Origin: Chiloscyllium plagiosum
Lineage: Eukaryota
Assembly: GCF_004010195.1 (NCBI RefSeq)
Contig: NC_057737.1
Coordinates: 18,624,930-18,688,929 of the forward strand
Direction: 5' to 3'
DNA length: 64,000 nucleotides
Shown here: positions 12,517-25,100 of the stretch, one piece after another
How positions within the stretch are numbered: position 1 is the first letter of the stretch
Layout of the letters: the number at the start of each line of letters is the position of its first letter
Notes under the pieces: generated by a model
Database searches by the model: none
The model's input: only the letters and a program-made list of their open reading frames with translations
What the model was told of the DNA's origin: nothing
Made by a program: the position numbers and the translations under genes

Positions 12517-14640
12517 ACTTCATTGACTGTTAGCTGTTTTGAGAGATCAAGTGGTCAGTGAAAAGTGTGAATTAATTGCAAATCCTTCTTTCTTCTTTGT
12601 CCTCGATTCCATAATCAACAGTAGAAGTTTCTATCTACCCTATCAATTCCTTTCAAAATTCTAAAAATCTCAACTAAATCAGCCTTCAAACTTTGTACTT
12701 TAGGGAGCACATGTCTATAATCTCTCATAATTTTCCCTGCTAACATTCTAGTAAATCTGCACTGCACTTCTTTCAAGGTAACTATAACTTTCCTAAATTC
12801 TGTGTTAGAAGTGTACAGTGATCTGGTCTATTTAGAGCTCAGTATCAATACAGACTATATTTTAGTCTTGAATTATAAAGGTTAATATTTCCATTAATGT
12901 TTTTGTCCTTGACCTGTGATGGAATGATCAGTGTCTTTGCCTCTGGGCCAACAGCTCTGTGGTCGAGTCCCACCCCAAAACTTAATAGCCGAAGAAGGTG
13001 TTTTCACAATGTGGTCAAACAGGTTAAGTAAAAACCTATTAATCTTTCCACTACATGCCAGTGTTTGGGAGTTAAAGAGCTCTTGATTACAACGTGCATG
13101 TAAAAATGTATGTTGCCGTAGCAACCATGACTCCCTGAGTGAATGGTAGGACATCACTCGTACAGTTTAGAACCATTGAAAAGGTATATCGCAGAAAGAG
13201 GTCATTCAGCCCATCATAGCATCTATTCTAATCCCCCTTTCCTGCACCTGGTTCACAACCTTGCAAGTTCACCACTTCAAGTAAAGGTTCAGGTTCCTCT
13301 TAAACGGGATGATGGTTTCCACATGAACCACCAAACTAGGAAGTGAATTTCAGACACTGACCACCCTATGGGGAAAAGCATTTATGCTCATGCCTCCTCT
13401 AATTCTCCTAACAAATACCCTTGTTCCTACAATACCTATCTATCCTAACAAGTGTCCCTGGGAATTGACCTCTGTGCTAAGGGAAACAAATCTTCAGGGT
13501 CCACTCTATTCAGGCACTTCATCTCAATTCAATTACCCCTCAGCCTTCTCTGTTCTAAGGGAAACAATCCAAGCCTGTACAAACCTTCCCCAAAACTGCA
13601 ATATCCATGTCCTGATAACATTCCTATAGATCTCATCTGTGTATATCTAAATCCTAAAGCTCTTTGTATTTCACTGTTCCTAGATTTTCATTATTTAAGA
13701 ACTACTTTAATATATATCCTTTTTTGACTAAAATGGATGATTTCACCTTAATTGAAATCAATCTGAGATAGTTTTGCCAACAAATTTGATTTATCAATGC
13801 ACATTTATAACTTTGTAATTTGCACTATGTACACCAACCTCTTCTGCTCTGCATCCCTCTGCCCAAAGGCAAGTCCAACCCACAGTGCCATGAACTCAGC
13901 CATGCGTAAAGAGTAGGTCCTGAATCCATCCCAACTGCAATAGCATTGAGCCCATGTTTTTTGGCACAAAATTGATCCACACCATCCATTTAGCAAACTA
14001 AGCCAGCTGGAACTCTACTCAAAGCTGACAGGTCATTGGGGCAATGTGCACTTTTATGTTGTAGCCTGGAGCTATCGATATTGATGATGGAGGCTCCACT
14101 GACCTTCAGATTATTGAAAAACTTTGATACATGACTTTCTATTGTGCTGTAGAAAACATGAATATTATAGTGAATATTTAAAGGTGCAGCAGAGATCCTT
14201 GTAGACATCATTTATTCTGATGCAGCTGCATGATTATTATCCCTACTGCCTAATTTCCATGAGCTAACTAATCTTGGAATGATTTCCCTTCAATTATTGA
14301 TCTTAAATTTTCACAAACATACTCTTATATTTCATCTTATCGAACGCTTTCTGGAAGTTCTCCTAAATTACAACTATTGATAGACCATTATCCGCTATTT
14401 CGGTTACCTGCTCAAAAGCTTCAGTGTGGTTTATTGAACATGACCTACCCTTTAGGAATCTAATATTGGCTCTCTCTAATCAGTTCAACTTTCTCCATGT
14501 GATGAGACCATCTGACCTAAATTATGGATTCCAATTATGTCATCACAGCAGATGTTAGACTCTTAACGGTCTACAATTTACTCGTACAAATCTAGTCATA
14601 AAATATTGTGCACACAACAGCACTGTTATACCAAAATAAT

Positions 14641-14848
14641 GATGAGGAGGTGCTGGTTTTGGACTGGAGTGGACAAAGTCAGAAGTTACATGACACCAGA
14701 TTATAGTCCAACAGGTTAATTTGAAATCGCAAGCTTTTGGAGCACGGCTTTTTCATCAGGTGAAGTCTTCGAAAGCAGTGCTCCGAAAGCTTGTGATTTT
14801 AAATAAACCTGTTAGACTACAACCTGGTGTCGCATGAATTCTGACTTA
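14641..14848. mobile_element. Penelope-derived palindromic element (family of the 38372 copy)
   Basis: Arms GACACCAGATTATAGTCCAACAGGTT / AACCTGTTAGACTACAACCTGGTGTC; decayed hammerhead cores. Confidence 0.8.
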
Positions 14849-15764
14849 TACCAAAGTAAGAACAGGATGTGCTGGAGAAACTCAGCTGGTCCCACTCTTC
14901 TTTAGATCTCATTTGGAGTTTACCCATACACAGATCAACAGCTCTTTCTGCGACAGGAGCTGGGCAGGTGAAAACTCACTTTGGGAATAGGAGAAAGCCA
15001 CATGGGATGGTGGTTGTGGGACGAAATTAGAGAAATGTCAAAAAGGAACACCTTTCGTAGGGGAACACAGGGGTCAGCAACAAAACTTCAGAAGAATAAG
15101 AGACCAAAATTAATAGATAAAATGAAGGAAAAGAGTTAGAATCTCAGGGAACTACCAGAGAAACAGAAGTTTTGGTGGGTTGTAAAAACAAACTTGAATA
15201 GGAGTCAGGAAAAGGGTGTGAGAAACTACCTTGGTAATTCTGACATTAGTCTAGAAGGCTGTGAATAAGACAGAAGAAAGAAAACTAATTTGTATGTCTG
15301 TCTATACCAATGTTTGGTCTCATTTTGCATTCAGGAACTGGAGAATCTATTACAGAAAGGAAGCAATAAACGAGGAGCAGACGATACAGTTCAGTGAGCT
15401 GGGAAAGTGGAGCTCCTGAAGGCAAATTGTGTGACATATCAAGGGAAAGGAATGAAGAGGTAGATTGGTGAGCGATGGTTGATAAAGAGGGCTTGTGAAG
15501 ATGTGGAGAGAGACAGAATATTAAAACCACATACCAGGGTTTGCAGTCAGAGTACAAGACTAGAGTAAAGCACTTATTGTGTGACAGAGTCATTGGCAAC
15601 TTTAAAATAAGTCAATTCTGAAAGGATGCTGCTGAATCAGTAACATTGAGTTGAAACAATTCCTTTATTCTGTTTTAGAGAGACAGAGTGAAAGAGCCAG
15701 GCCCAACAAGCTGTCCCTGTTGTTTTGTGGGTTATAGGCCACAGTCACTTCAAAGTGTTTTAGC

Positions 15765-16500
15765 CCATAGAACATAGAACATTACAGCGCAGTACAAGCC
15801 CTTTGGCCCTCGATGTTGCGCCAACCTGTGGAACTAACCTGAAGCCCATCTAACCTACACTATTCCATTTTCATCCATATGTTTATCCAATGGCCATTTA
15901 AATGCCCTTCAGATTGGTGAGTCTATTACTGTTGCAGACAATGTGTTCTATGCTCCTACTACTCTCTGAGTAAAGAAACTACCTCTGACATCTGTCCTAT
16001 ATCTATCACCCCTCAATTTAAAGCTATATCCCATCATGCTAGCTATCACCATCTGAGGAAAAAGGGTCTCCCTGTCCACCCTATCTAACCCTCTGTTTAT
16101 CTTATATGTCTCAATTAAGTCACCTCTCAAACTTCTTCTCTCTAATGAAAATAGCCTCAAGTCGCTCAATCTTTCCTCATTGACCTTCCCTCCATACCAG
16201 GCAATATCCTGGTAAATCTCCTCTGAACCTTTTCCAAAACTTCCACATCCTTCTTATAATGCGATGATCAGAACTATGTGCAATACTCCAAGTGCAGCCG
16301 TACCAGAGTTTTGTACAGTTGCAGCATGACCTCATGGCTCCGAAACTCAATCCCTTTACCAATAAAAGCTAACACACCATATGCCTTCTTAACAACCCTT
16401 CAATCTGGGTGGCAACTTCCAGGGATCTATGTACATGGACACTGAGATCTCTCTGCTCATCTACACTACCAAGAATCTTACCATTAGCCCAGTACTCTTT
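15765..16500 (-). mobile_element. CR1/HER1 LINE 3' fragment
   Basis: ORF remnant LRLFSLERRSLRGDLIETYKINRGLDRVD; (CATAGAA)n tail. Confidence 0.9.
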
Positions 16501-17984
16501 GGTATGTTTTGCAACCATTTTTACATATCACCCTTGTGATATGTTTTGTATGCTGTTTTAATGCAGTTTTCTGCTCAGTATGTCATAATTGATTTATCTG
16601 TTTTCCTTTCATTAAGAGTGTGTGGTATTCTTTTCTGTCTGTGTGTGACTTTCTTTTTAACGTTGGGAGTAATTAAAATGAATTCTCCATTTGATTGGAT
16701 GGATTTTTGGATTACAAGTGTGCTGCAAAGTTTAAGGATTTGAAGATTAAAACTCAACTCCAAATAAAAGCTAAGAAATTTGGAGATATTTGATAATTTA
16801 ACTAATATCTAGTAATTAAAGTACTGAGCTGAGGAAATTATCTAGATTTAAAGATTCTGTTTACTAAGTAAAAGTGACAGTGTGACTTTAAAGCTACCAC
16901 ACATTGCCACTATTGAGGAGGAACTTCTATTAATTTTGAAATTTGAAATCCTCATGCCAAAGTTAAAGATGATGCAATTCAAATGTGGTGAGCGTCCATG
17001 GAGCACAAGAGTACAGGAAACCTTGAGACTCACAGACAACTGACATGAAATGATTACTGTGTGTGTGGCCAACCAACATTCACTTTAAACAAGAAAATTC
17101 CAAAGAACTGAAATCAGAAACAAAGGGTCATTGGATCTGAAATGTTAACTCTGATTTCTGTCCACTAGACCTGCTGAATTTTTCCACTAATTTCTGCTTT
17201 TGTTCACTTTAAACAAACTGATTACCCTGAACATTGTTTTTTCACTTGTCATGATTTTGAAAGCTAGTTTAAGCAAGGTCACAGAACTTGGCCAGCAAGG
17301 CCAAATCCCTAAAGGGGTAAAATCTGTCGAGGAACTGACCCAGGTGATATACTATTTAGAAGGGAATATTCTGTGACCATCAGTGAACCACAAAACCAGG
17401 CACAGTACAGGTTAATTAGACCAGCTGGCTAGACATCTGGTTAGTCATGCAAACAGTGTGGGTTCAATTCCCACTGAGGTTACTGTGAAGGTCCTCTCTT
17501 CTCAACCTCTCCCACCACCTGATGGTAGTAACTCTCAGGTTAAACCACCACTGGTAAACAACAATGCTAGGAGTCCTCTGTGACTATGACAACTTCACCT
17601 ACTTTTACTGTAATATCTATTGCCCAATGAGTAACTTGTGGTTCTGCTTCGCTGCCCAGGCTTCAAGAACAATTGGACTTTTGGTGATATCTAATATCTG
17701 CCTCACTATAGAGAGCAGAGGAATGTAACCAATGATCTAACTGAGGACATTCTGAGATACATGACTTCTGAGAGGAAGCAAATCCCAAGACTGCTGGAAC
17801 ACTAATGGAAGGTGAAGAGAGACAGCAATGAAGCAGGATCAGTGAATCCCACAGGGGTCAAACAACTGACCTTAAGGTTGTATAGTGGTGGTAAATAATT
17901 TGAGACTGGGGTAGTCAGATGAATGTTCACCTCTGAATTGGAATTGCTTCCCTAGTACTGGAGGTAATACAATTGTTAGTTTGG

Positions 17985-18625
17985 CGAAAGCGAGGACTGC
18001 AGATACTGGAGATTAGAGCGATGCTGGAAAAGTACAGCAGGTCAGGCAGCATCCGAGGAGCAGGAAAATTGATGTGTCGGGCAGGAGCCTTTCATCAGGA
18101 ATGAGGATGGAAGCCTCAGGGATGCAGAGATAAATGGGAGGGGGCGAGGCTGTGGAGAAGGTAGCTAAGAGTACAATAGGTGGATGGAGGAAGGGGGAAA
18201 GGTGAAAGGTTGGAGAGGAGGGTGGAACGGATAGGTGGGAAGGAAGATTGGCAGGTGGGACAGGTCATGAGGATGGTGCTGAGCTGGAGGCTTGGAACTG
18301 GGGTAAGGTGGAGGGAGGGGAAATGACAAAACTGGTGAAGTCCACATTGATGCCCTGGGACTGAAGGGTTTTGAGGCGGAAGATGAGGTGTTCTTCCTCC
18401 AGGCATCGGGTGGTGAGGGAGTGGCGGTGGAGGAGGCCCAAACCTGCATGTAGAGTGTGAGAGAGAGTAGAAATGCTCGGCCACGGGGCATTGGGGTTGA
18501 TTGGTGCGGATGTCACTGAGATGTTCCCTGAAGCGCTCTGCGAGAAGGCATCCAGTCTCCCCAGTGTAAAGGAGACCGCATTGGGAGCAATGGATGCAAT
18601 AAAGGACATTGGTGGAAGTGCAGTT
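17985..18625 (-). mobile_element. Penelope-like element 3' part (GIY-YIG endonuclease + terminus)
   Basis: Minus strand NVLYCIHCSQCGLLYTGETG.LLAERFREHL...PVAEHF and LEEEHLIFRLKTLQSQGINVDF, frameshifted. Confidence 0.9.
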
Positions 18626-19362
18626 TGGGTCAGACTTGTGTGTGTGTGTGTGTAACTTACTACTGGCATTGGTTCCAGCAAGCAGTTACACAGACAATAT
18701 CTAAAGGAAGGTAGGTAGATAGGCAGGGATTGTCAGGGACATAATATTGCAAATATAGGGAACGAAAACATTGGGGCTATTGAATCTAACCTACTGACTG
18801 GCCACTGGAATACGGACCGATGAGTGAGGATTCCCAACGGTGTTGGTATGATCACAGGTGAAATGGGGGTTGTAGTAGAAAGTGTAGATATTGAAGTTAA
18901 TTGTCAAATAAATATGTGCTACTCAGTTGAAGCCACAGACAAGAGATGGGAATACTGGAAAGTATTTATCATAATGGAATCATTTAATATTGGAACCAGA
19001 CTAGCTACAGTAAACAGAATGGGAAGATAATCATGCAAACACAGACATCCTAATTCCACTGTAATCTTGGAGGGCTACAGTGACGGACAGTCAGGGAAAA
19101 TCACTCTGCAACACAAAGGAAATAGGGACCCCATCGATACTGTTGCGCCAAAAGGATCATTTAACTTAAGGATGAGATACTTGCCCTGTCTAAAACATGA
19201 AGAATGTCACTACTGTGGAATGTGCACTGACAAGGATTCCATTAGCAAGATAAAGTGACCTACTGCTATGGCATGTGTACCAAGTTAGGAGTGTTCAGCT
19301 TTACAATGCAGTAACCAGAAACTGGAAGTTGTAGAACCATAACCATTGCACATATTCTGTAA

Positions 19363-19490
19363 GGAGAAAGTAAGGACTGCAGATGCTGGAGATCAGAGGT
19401 GAAAATGTGTTGCTGGAAAAGCGCAGCAGGTCAGGCAGCATCCAAGGAGCAGGAGAATCGATGTTTCGGGCATGAGCCCTTCTTCTTACT
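19363..19490 (-). mobile_element. Short Penelope-terminus insertion with 10-bp TSD
   Basis: TSD TATTCTGTAA at 19353-19362 and 19491-19500. Confidence 0.8.
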
Positions 19491-20737
19491 TATTCTGTAA
19501 CCCTATAATACTCAAGAAGGCCTTTGTAACCAGTAATACCATAAAAGTTCTAAATATGTAATTCAAACTACAATTGAGGAACACTCTCTTCAAACGCCGT
19601 TTCCCCTATGAACATTGGAGAATAAGAGGACCTATTGTCTTGTTTGAAACAACAATTTCCACCATTTGCAGTATCATTTCAGAATACATCACTGGATTGT
19701 TTCAATATTTCTTACCAGATTGCTCATTAATGTTTAAAGATGAAATGTGCAACAATGGAGAGTGAACAAAGAATGTCCTACTGTTGTAGTCTGTGCCAGC
19801 ATGGATGGCTTTGAAAAGCTGTCGAAGAAATCACTTGCTTTGTGACAGTCAACACGTTACCCACACAGTATGAGGCTAATGAAGCCACCTGGATGATCTT
19901 CAGAATCTTTAAGAAGGAATCAAGAAATTGGGCAAAATATATGAACAGAAGAAAAAGACACTGACATTCCTGAAAAGCCCATTCACCTGTCTATTTCCTG
20001 AACACTTTTTGAATTCATTCACAGGATGTGAGTTTCACTGGCTAGGCCAGCATTTGCAGTTGTTGTGGGATTTTGCAGTGGAGCATGAAAACATGGCAAA
20101 CATTTTAGTAGCACTGATAACATTGCAATCCTGGCTGAAGAGAGCACACTAAAAAAGGATTATTGTGTTTGACTGGAGCCAGCTTCTCACTTTTCTCAAT
20201 ACCTTTTACTGAGCATTTAGGCTACCGGGGATCCCTGATTTACAAAGTCCAAATTATGAATGCTCATGTTTATGAACATGATCCTATGCAGGGCTGCAAT
20301 TTTAAATATCCCACATATGAACATATATACTTACAAATGGCTGCTTTATATTGTCATGCATTATATTCTGACTTACATACAAACCAACTTGAGTATGGAC
20401 TCAGGAACAAGATGTTTGCAACAGAAGACTGCCTGTATTGAGCAAATTGAAGAACAGCCCCATTTCAACCCCAACAGACTGCCAAAGAAGCTCCTTTTAC
20501 ATATAATAGCTACCCTCAGTTAGGAATTATAACACTGAGTAGTTCACCATTTTCTGGTTATTCCAGATTTCCAGCACCTGAAGTATTTTTCTTTTTTTTT
20601 GCTTCCACTTTTCTATACTACGTTTTGTCCCCTGCACATACACTTCTCTCTTACTGTTCCTCATGATACTATTTACAGGTCATTATATCTCTTCAATATT
20701 TGTATTTAGTTTCTTCCCTTTGATTTTTATGTTCCTG

Positions 20738-21100
20738 TCATAGAGTTAATAGCATGGAAATAGACCCTTTGGTCAATCAACCCATGCTGAACATAATTCC
20801 AAAATAAACTAGTCGCGGGCCAATATCCCTCAAAACCTTTCCTATTCATGTACTTATCCAAATGTCTTTTAAATATTGTAATTATACCCACATCCACCAC
20901 TTCCTCAGGAGGTTCATTCCACACACCAACCACTCTGTGTAAAAAAAATTGCCTCATGTCTTTTTTAAAACTGTCCCCTCTCACCTTAAAAATATGTCCC
21001 CTAATCTTGAAATCCCCCATCCTCGGGAAAAGACAACTACCATAACTCTATCCTACCTCTCATTATTTTATAAAATTCTATAACGTTGCCTGTCAACCTC
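20738..21100 (-). mobile_element. CR1 3' fragment
   Basis: ORF remnant RGHIFKVRGDSFKKDMRQFFLHRVVGVWNE. Confidence 0.85.
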
Positions 21101-21739
21101 CTGAGTATCTCCAGAGTCTTCGGTGTGGGTCAAAAATTTTTGTCCCATGTAATAATTTGTTTTTTTGCACTTCCATTGCACCACTTTCACAATATTCAGG
21201 GAAAGCTGGGATTTTCAAAGCTATTAAGCATTAATGCAGATTTTATTTTACAGTAAACCGTATAAACAATTTCAAAAGCCAAACGTTAGTGCACACACAG
21301 TGATGCTTATACAGTATTTAAAATTTACTTACATTCAACTCAGTCATTTCAAAACCTAAATGCACTTTAATTATTTGAATTGAAGCTCACTTCTTTGCTT
21401 ATAGACTCACTTTTTAAGGCATCTCTACAGGTAAAGTAGAATTTCTATCAATTAAATAAAGCGCTTCATTTGTTGTCATAAATTTCATAGTTCACATCAT
21501 CACCCATTCTCAGTAATATAAAAATAATTAATTTATGAATCAAAACAGTATGTGCAAACTTTTTAAAAAGTCGAAGCCGCTTGGCGATTTATCATTTCAG
21601 TTGTTCAGCAAATCTAGACTTTGACAAGAAACATTTTGCATTAGCGATTTTTGAGAAGATTTGTAACTCAGGTTGACGGTGTGCGTGTGAGTGACAGAGT
21701 TAGCCTTACATGCTAAACATTTTGCATGTATTTCGCCTG

Positions 21740-21825
21740 AAAATGATTGGTCTTGCCTCAGGGAGGCGCTGCCTTGCCGGTGGTTTCTCTTTCCCTGTGT
21801 GCTCACTTCCTACTTCGTCAGAAAA
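21740..21825 (+). promoter_or_regulatory. Candidate TATA-less promoter of the methyltransferase-like gene
   Basis: Inverted CCAAT (ATTGG 21746-21750), ETS-type CACTTCCT (21804-21811), half-CRE CGTCA (21816-21820), and locally more CpGs than the flanks. Motif inspection only. Confidence 0.4.
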
Positions 21826-21854
21826 AGCGACAGCTTACACATTGGGAACTGCTA

Positions 21855-22154
21855 ATGGAGTCAGATGGTAGTGAAGAAATACAATGGCAAACAGTCGAAC
21901 AGCGGAAGTGTGGTGGGAAGAACTTGTATTACAAAATGTACTGCGTTAAAATGGAGCAGTTCCCAGCAGACATTCACAGGTTTTGTGACCCTGAGTTGCA
22001 ACATGGGCGAAGACGAGAGTTGGTTTATCTACTGAGGAATGTGGATGAATTGAGTTGCCAAAAGCTGCAAATATTATTTTCTTTTTCTGTTCCAAATATA
22101 GAAGCAATTAGGTTCATTGTAGATTTAAATCAGCCTATAGTTTCAGCTGGTGCT
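21855..22154 (+). CDS. Methyltransferase-like gene exon 1 (100 codons)
   Basis: Part of ORF 21747..22223; first in-frame ATG at 21855 (ctaATGG), donor GCT|GTAAGT at 22155. The start codon is inferred. Confidence 0.8.
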
Positions 22155-25100
22155 GTAAGTACTAAAATTACAAAATCGTCTTTCGCTTATGTTGACAAGA
22201 CTGGCCTTTACTGCAGAGGCTGACCTCAGTGTTGTACTCTCCCTCCCTGCCACTTTAGCTTATTTTCAATATTGTACGAGAAATATGTTTATTAATTGTG
22301 GGCAGGCTCAAGTTAGGACACGTGTCAAGAAACAGCGCATCATAAATGACTGACAAAAATGAGTTATATTCCCACAATCCTAAACTTAGTCCTGACACAT
22401 TTGACAATCTATAGTGACCATCCTCTCAGCAATGGCCTTTGCCTCAGTCATTGCGTGAAATAAATTCTTTAATGCTCTAATCGTCTGTGTAAAGACTTTC
22501 CTTCGCTCTCTCAATCTGAGAAGTGACAATTTTAATTTGATTGTCACTGAGCCCCACCCAATTGAAAGGAGACATGTTTCCCACATTCAGTAAATCAAAG
22601 CCATTTATAATTTTAAAAACTTGAAATACATCTCCTCTTGGTCTTTTCTCACCAAAGTGATAGATATTTGAGAAGTTCATTTGAAAAGGCAATTGAGCCC
22701 CTCAAGCCAGCTCCGCTATTTGATAGGATCGTGGCTGATCGCAAACACTTATAGAGATGTACAGCACAGAAACAGACCATTCAGTCCAACTCATCCGTGC
22801 CAACCAGATATCCTAAATAAATCTAGTCTCTTTTACCAGCAGTTGGCTATATTCCTGTAAACCCGTATACCCATCCAGATGCCTTTTAAATTTGTCATTG
22901 TACCAGCTTTTCCACCACTTTCTCTGGCAGCTCATTCCATACAGACACCACCCTCTGTGTGGAAAAAGTTGCTCCTTAGATCCCTTTTAAATCTTTCTCC
23001 TCTCACCTTAAACCTCTAGTTTTGGACTCCCCAACCCTGGGGAAAAGATCTTGTCTATTTACCCAATCCATACCCCTCTTGATTTTTATAAACCACGATA
23101 AGGTGGTTTCAGTCTCCAGTGCTCCAGGAAAACAGCCCCAGCCTATTCAGCTTGTCCCTATAGTTCAAACCCTGGCAACATTCTTGTAAATCTTTTCTGA
23201 ACCCTTTTATGTTTAACAACATCCTTCTTATAGCAGGGAGACCAGAAATACACACAATATTCCAAAGGTGGCCTAACCAATGCACTGTACAGTCTCAGCA
23301 TGACCTCCCAACTGCGATACTCCATGCTCTGACCAATAAAGGCAAGCATACCAAACGCCTTCTTAACTATCCTACCTACCTGCGACTCCAGTTTCAAGCA
23401 GCTCTGAAGCTGCATTCCAATCTCTCTTTGTTCAACAACACTTCCCAGGACATTACCATTAAGTGTATAAGTCATGCCCTGATTTGCCTTTCCAAAATGC
23501 AGCACCTCACATTTATCAATATTAAACTCTATCTGCCGCTCCTTGGCCTATTGGCTCACCTGATCAAGATCCCGCTGTACTCTGAGGTAACCTTCTTCAC
23601 TGTCCACTACACTTCCAATTTTGGTGATATTCCATCTTGGTCTCAACTCCACTTTCCTGGCTGCTTCCCATTACCCATCAATCTAATTAAAAATCTGTCC
23701 TCCACCTCCCTAAATGTATTCAGTGTCCCGGCATCACCCACATTTTGGGATAGGGCATTCCAGATTCATGACCCTTTGAGAGAAGTGATTTCTCCCCATT
23801 TGTTTTCAATCTTCTATTAAACGATGACTTCTCATTCTAGCTTTCCCTACATAAGGAAACATCCTTTCTACCTCTACTTTGTCAATCCCCTTTAGCACCT
23901 TATATACCTCAATTCAATTTCCTCTCATTCTTCTAAACTCCAGGGATTATAGTTTAAACAGCTGAATCTCTCTTCATAAGACAAACCCCTCAAGTCTGAA
24001 ATCAATCTAGTGAACCTCCTCTGAACTGCCTCCAATACAACATCTAATATTATATAATATATCTAATGTCTAGGATTAGGAGAAAGTTTTATGACAGGGT
24101 ATTGCAAAACTTACAAATAAGTGAGAGACTCTTAAAATTCAACATAGGTTATGAATTTGGATTCTACAGCACAGGCTTCTCTCAGGGCTGCTGTTTTTAT
24201 CTTCATGTTTGTATAAATGATCTAAGTTGTGGGAAGCGGGATTTATGGTTGGAGAAGGTGAATGTACAACTTCAAGGAAGAAGCCAAAAATTTGCAAAGA
24301 ACTTCATTGAGTCTGCATAGAGTGATAATTCCCAATAAAATGCAATAAGTGCAAAAAGCTATTGTGTTTGGAAATAAAAAATGGAGCTAAATACACCCTG
24401 TGTCAAATATAGCTTGTTAAGTGCATCTAGATAGTCGATTAAGATTCTGAAGACTGTGAGGAATCTGGGTTATACTTTAAATGTCAGTTGAGTTCACTTC
24501 TCCAAAACTCACACTGAGTTGACCAGAACTCTAAGTACAAGTTGTATCTGAATTACTACATATGCTTCTCATCATTGAGAGATCGGGACTCCATCCAGAC
24601 CCTGGGATCAGTGCTGAGCTGAGTAACGAATCACATCCATAATATTATGGAGGAGTGTATGGAGGACACTTGATAACCTTGAGCTCTTCAGTCTTGACAA
24701 GTGAAATCTCATAAGAATTTAATCTATGAATGGAATTGCAAAAGTAAATCCAAATAGTCGTTTGAGGGAAGGGCACCAGATTAGAAGGCCGCAGAGTCAG
24801 ACTTCGTGAAAAAACAAGTGTAAGATAGATGTCAGGAAACATTTCTTGACAGAGGGTGGTTAACTATTGAAGGGGTAAAAACAATGACTGCATTGAAGCA
24901 AATTGCTAGGAATGAATGCTGCAAACAGGATACTGGAATAATTTTAAGAAGAAAGAACATGCAGTTTAAAGGTGACTGAAAAGATAAACATTAAATCGTT
25001 GAGAATTGATCACTTCTGATATGCCATGTTTAATCTTGTTTTTTATATCTTAGGGAACCGGATACTGGGAGTATCTGCTTCAGAGCCAAGGAGTAGATCT

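Noticed and set aside
18638-18652. (GT)n microsatellite
   Set aside because: Short, ordinary simple repeat.
21747-22223. 158-aa single-exon ORF as listed in the ORF track
   Set aside because: It begins at a non-ATG codon in promoter-like sequence and reads past a strong GTAAGT donor at 22155; only 21855-22154 fits the spliced gene.
23158-23820. 203-aa and 115-aa ORFs as host genes
   Set aside because: They are the antisense and sense readings of a decayed CR1 ORF2.
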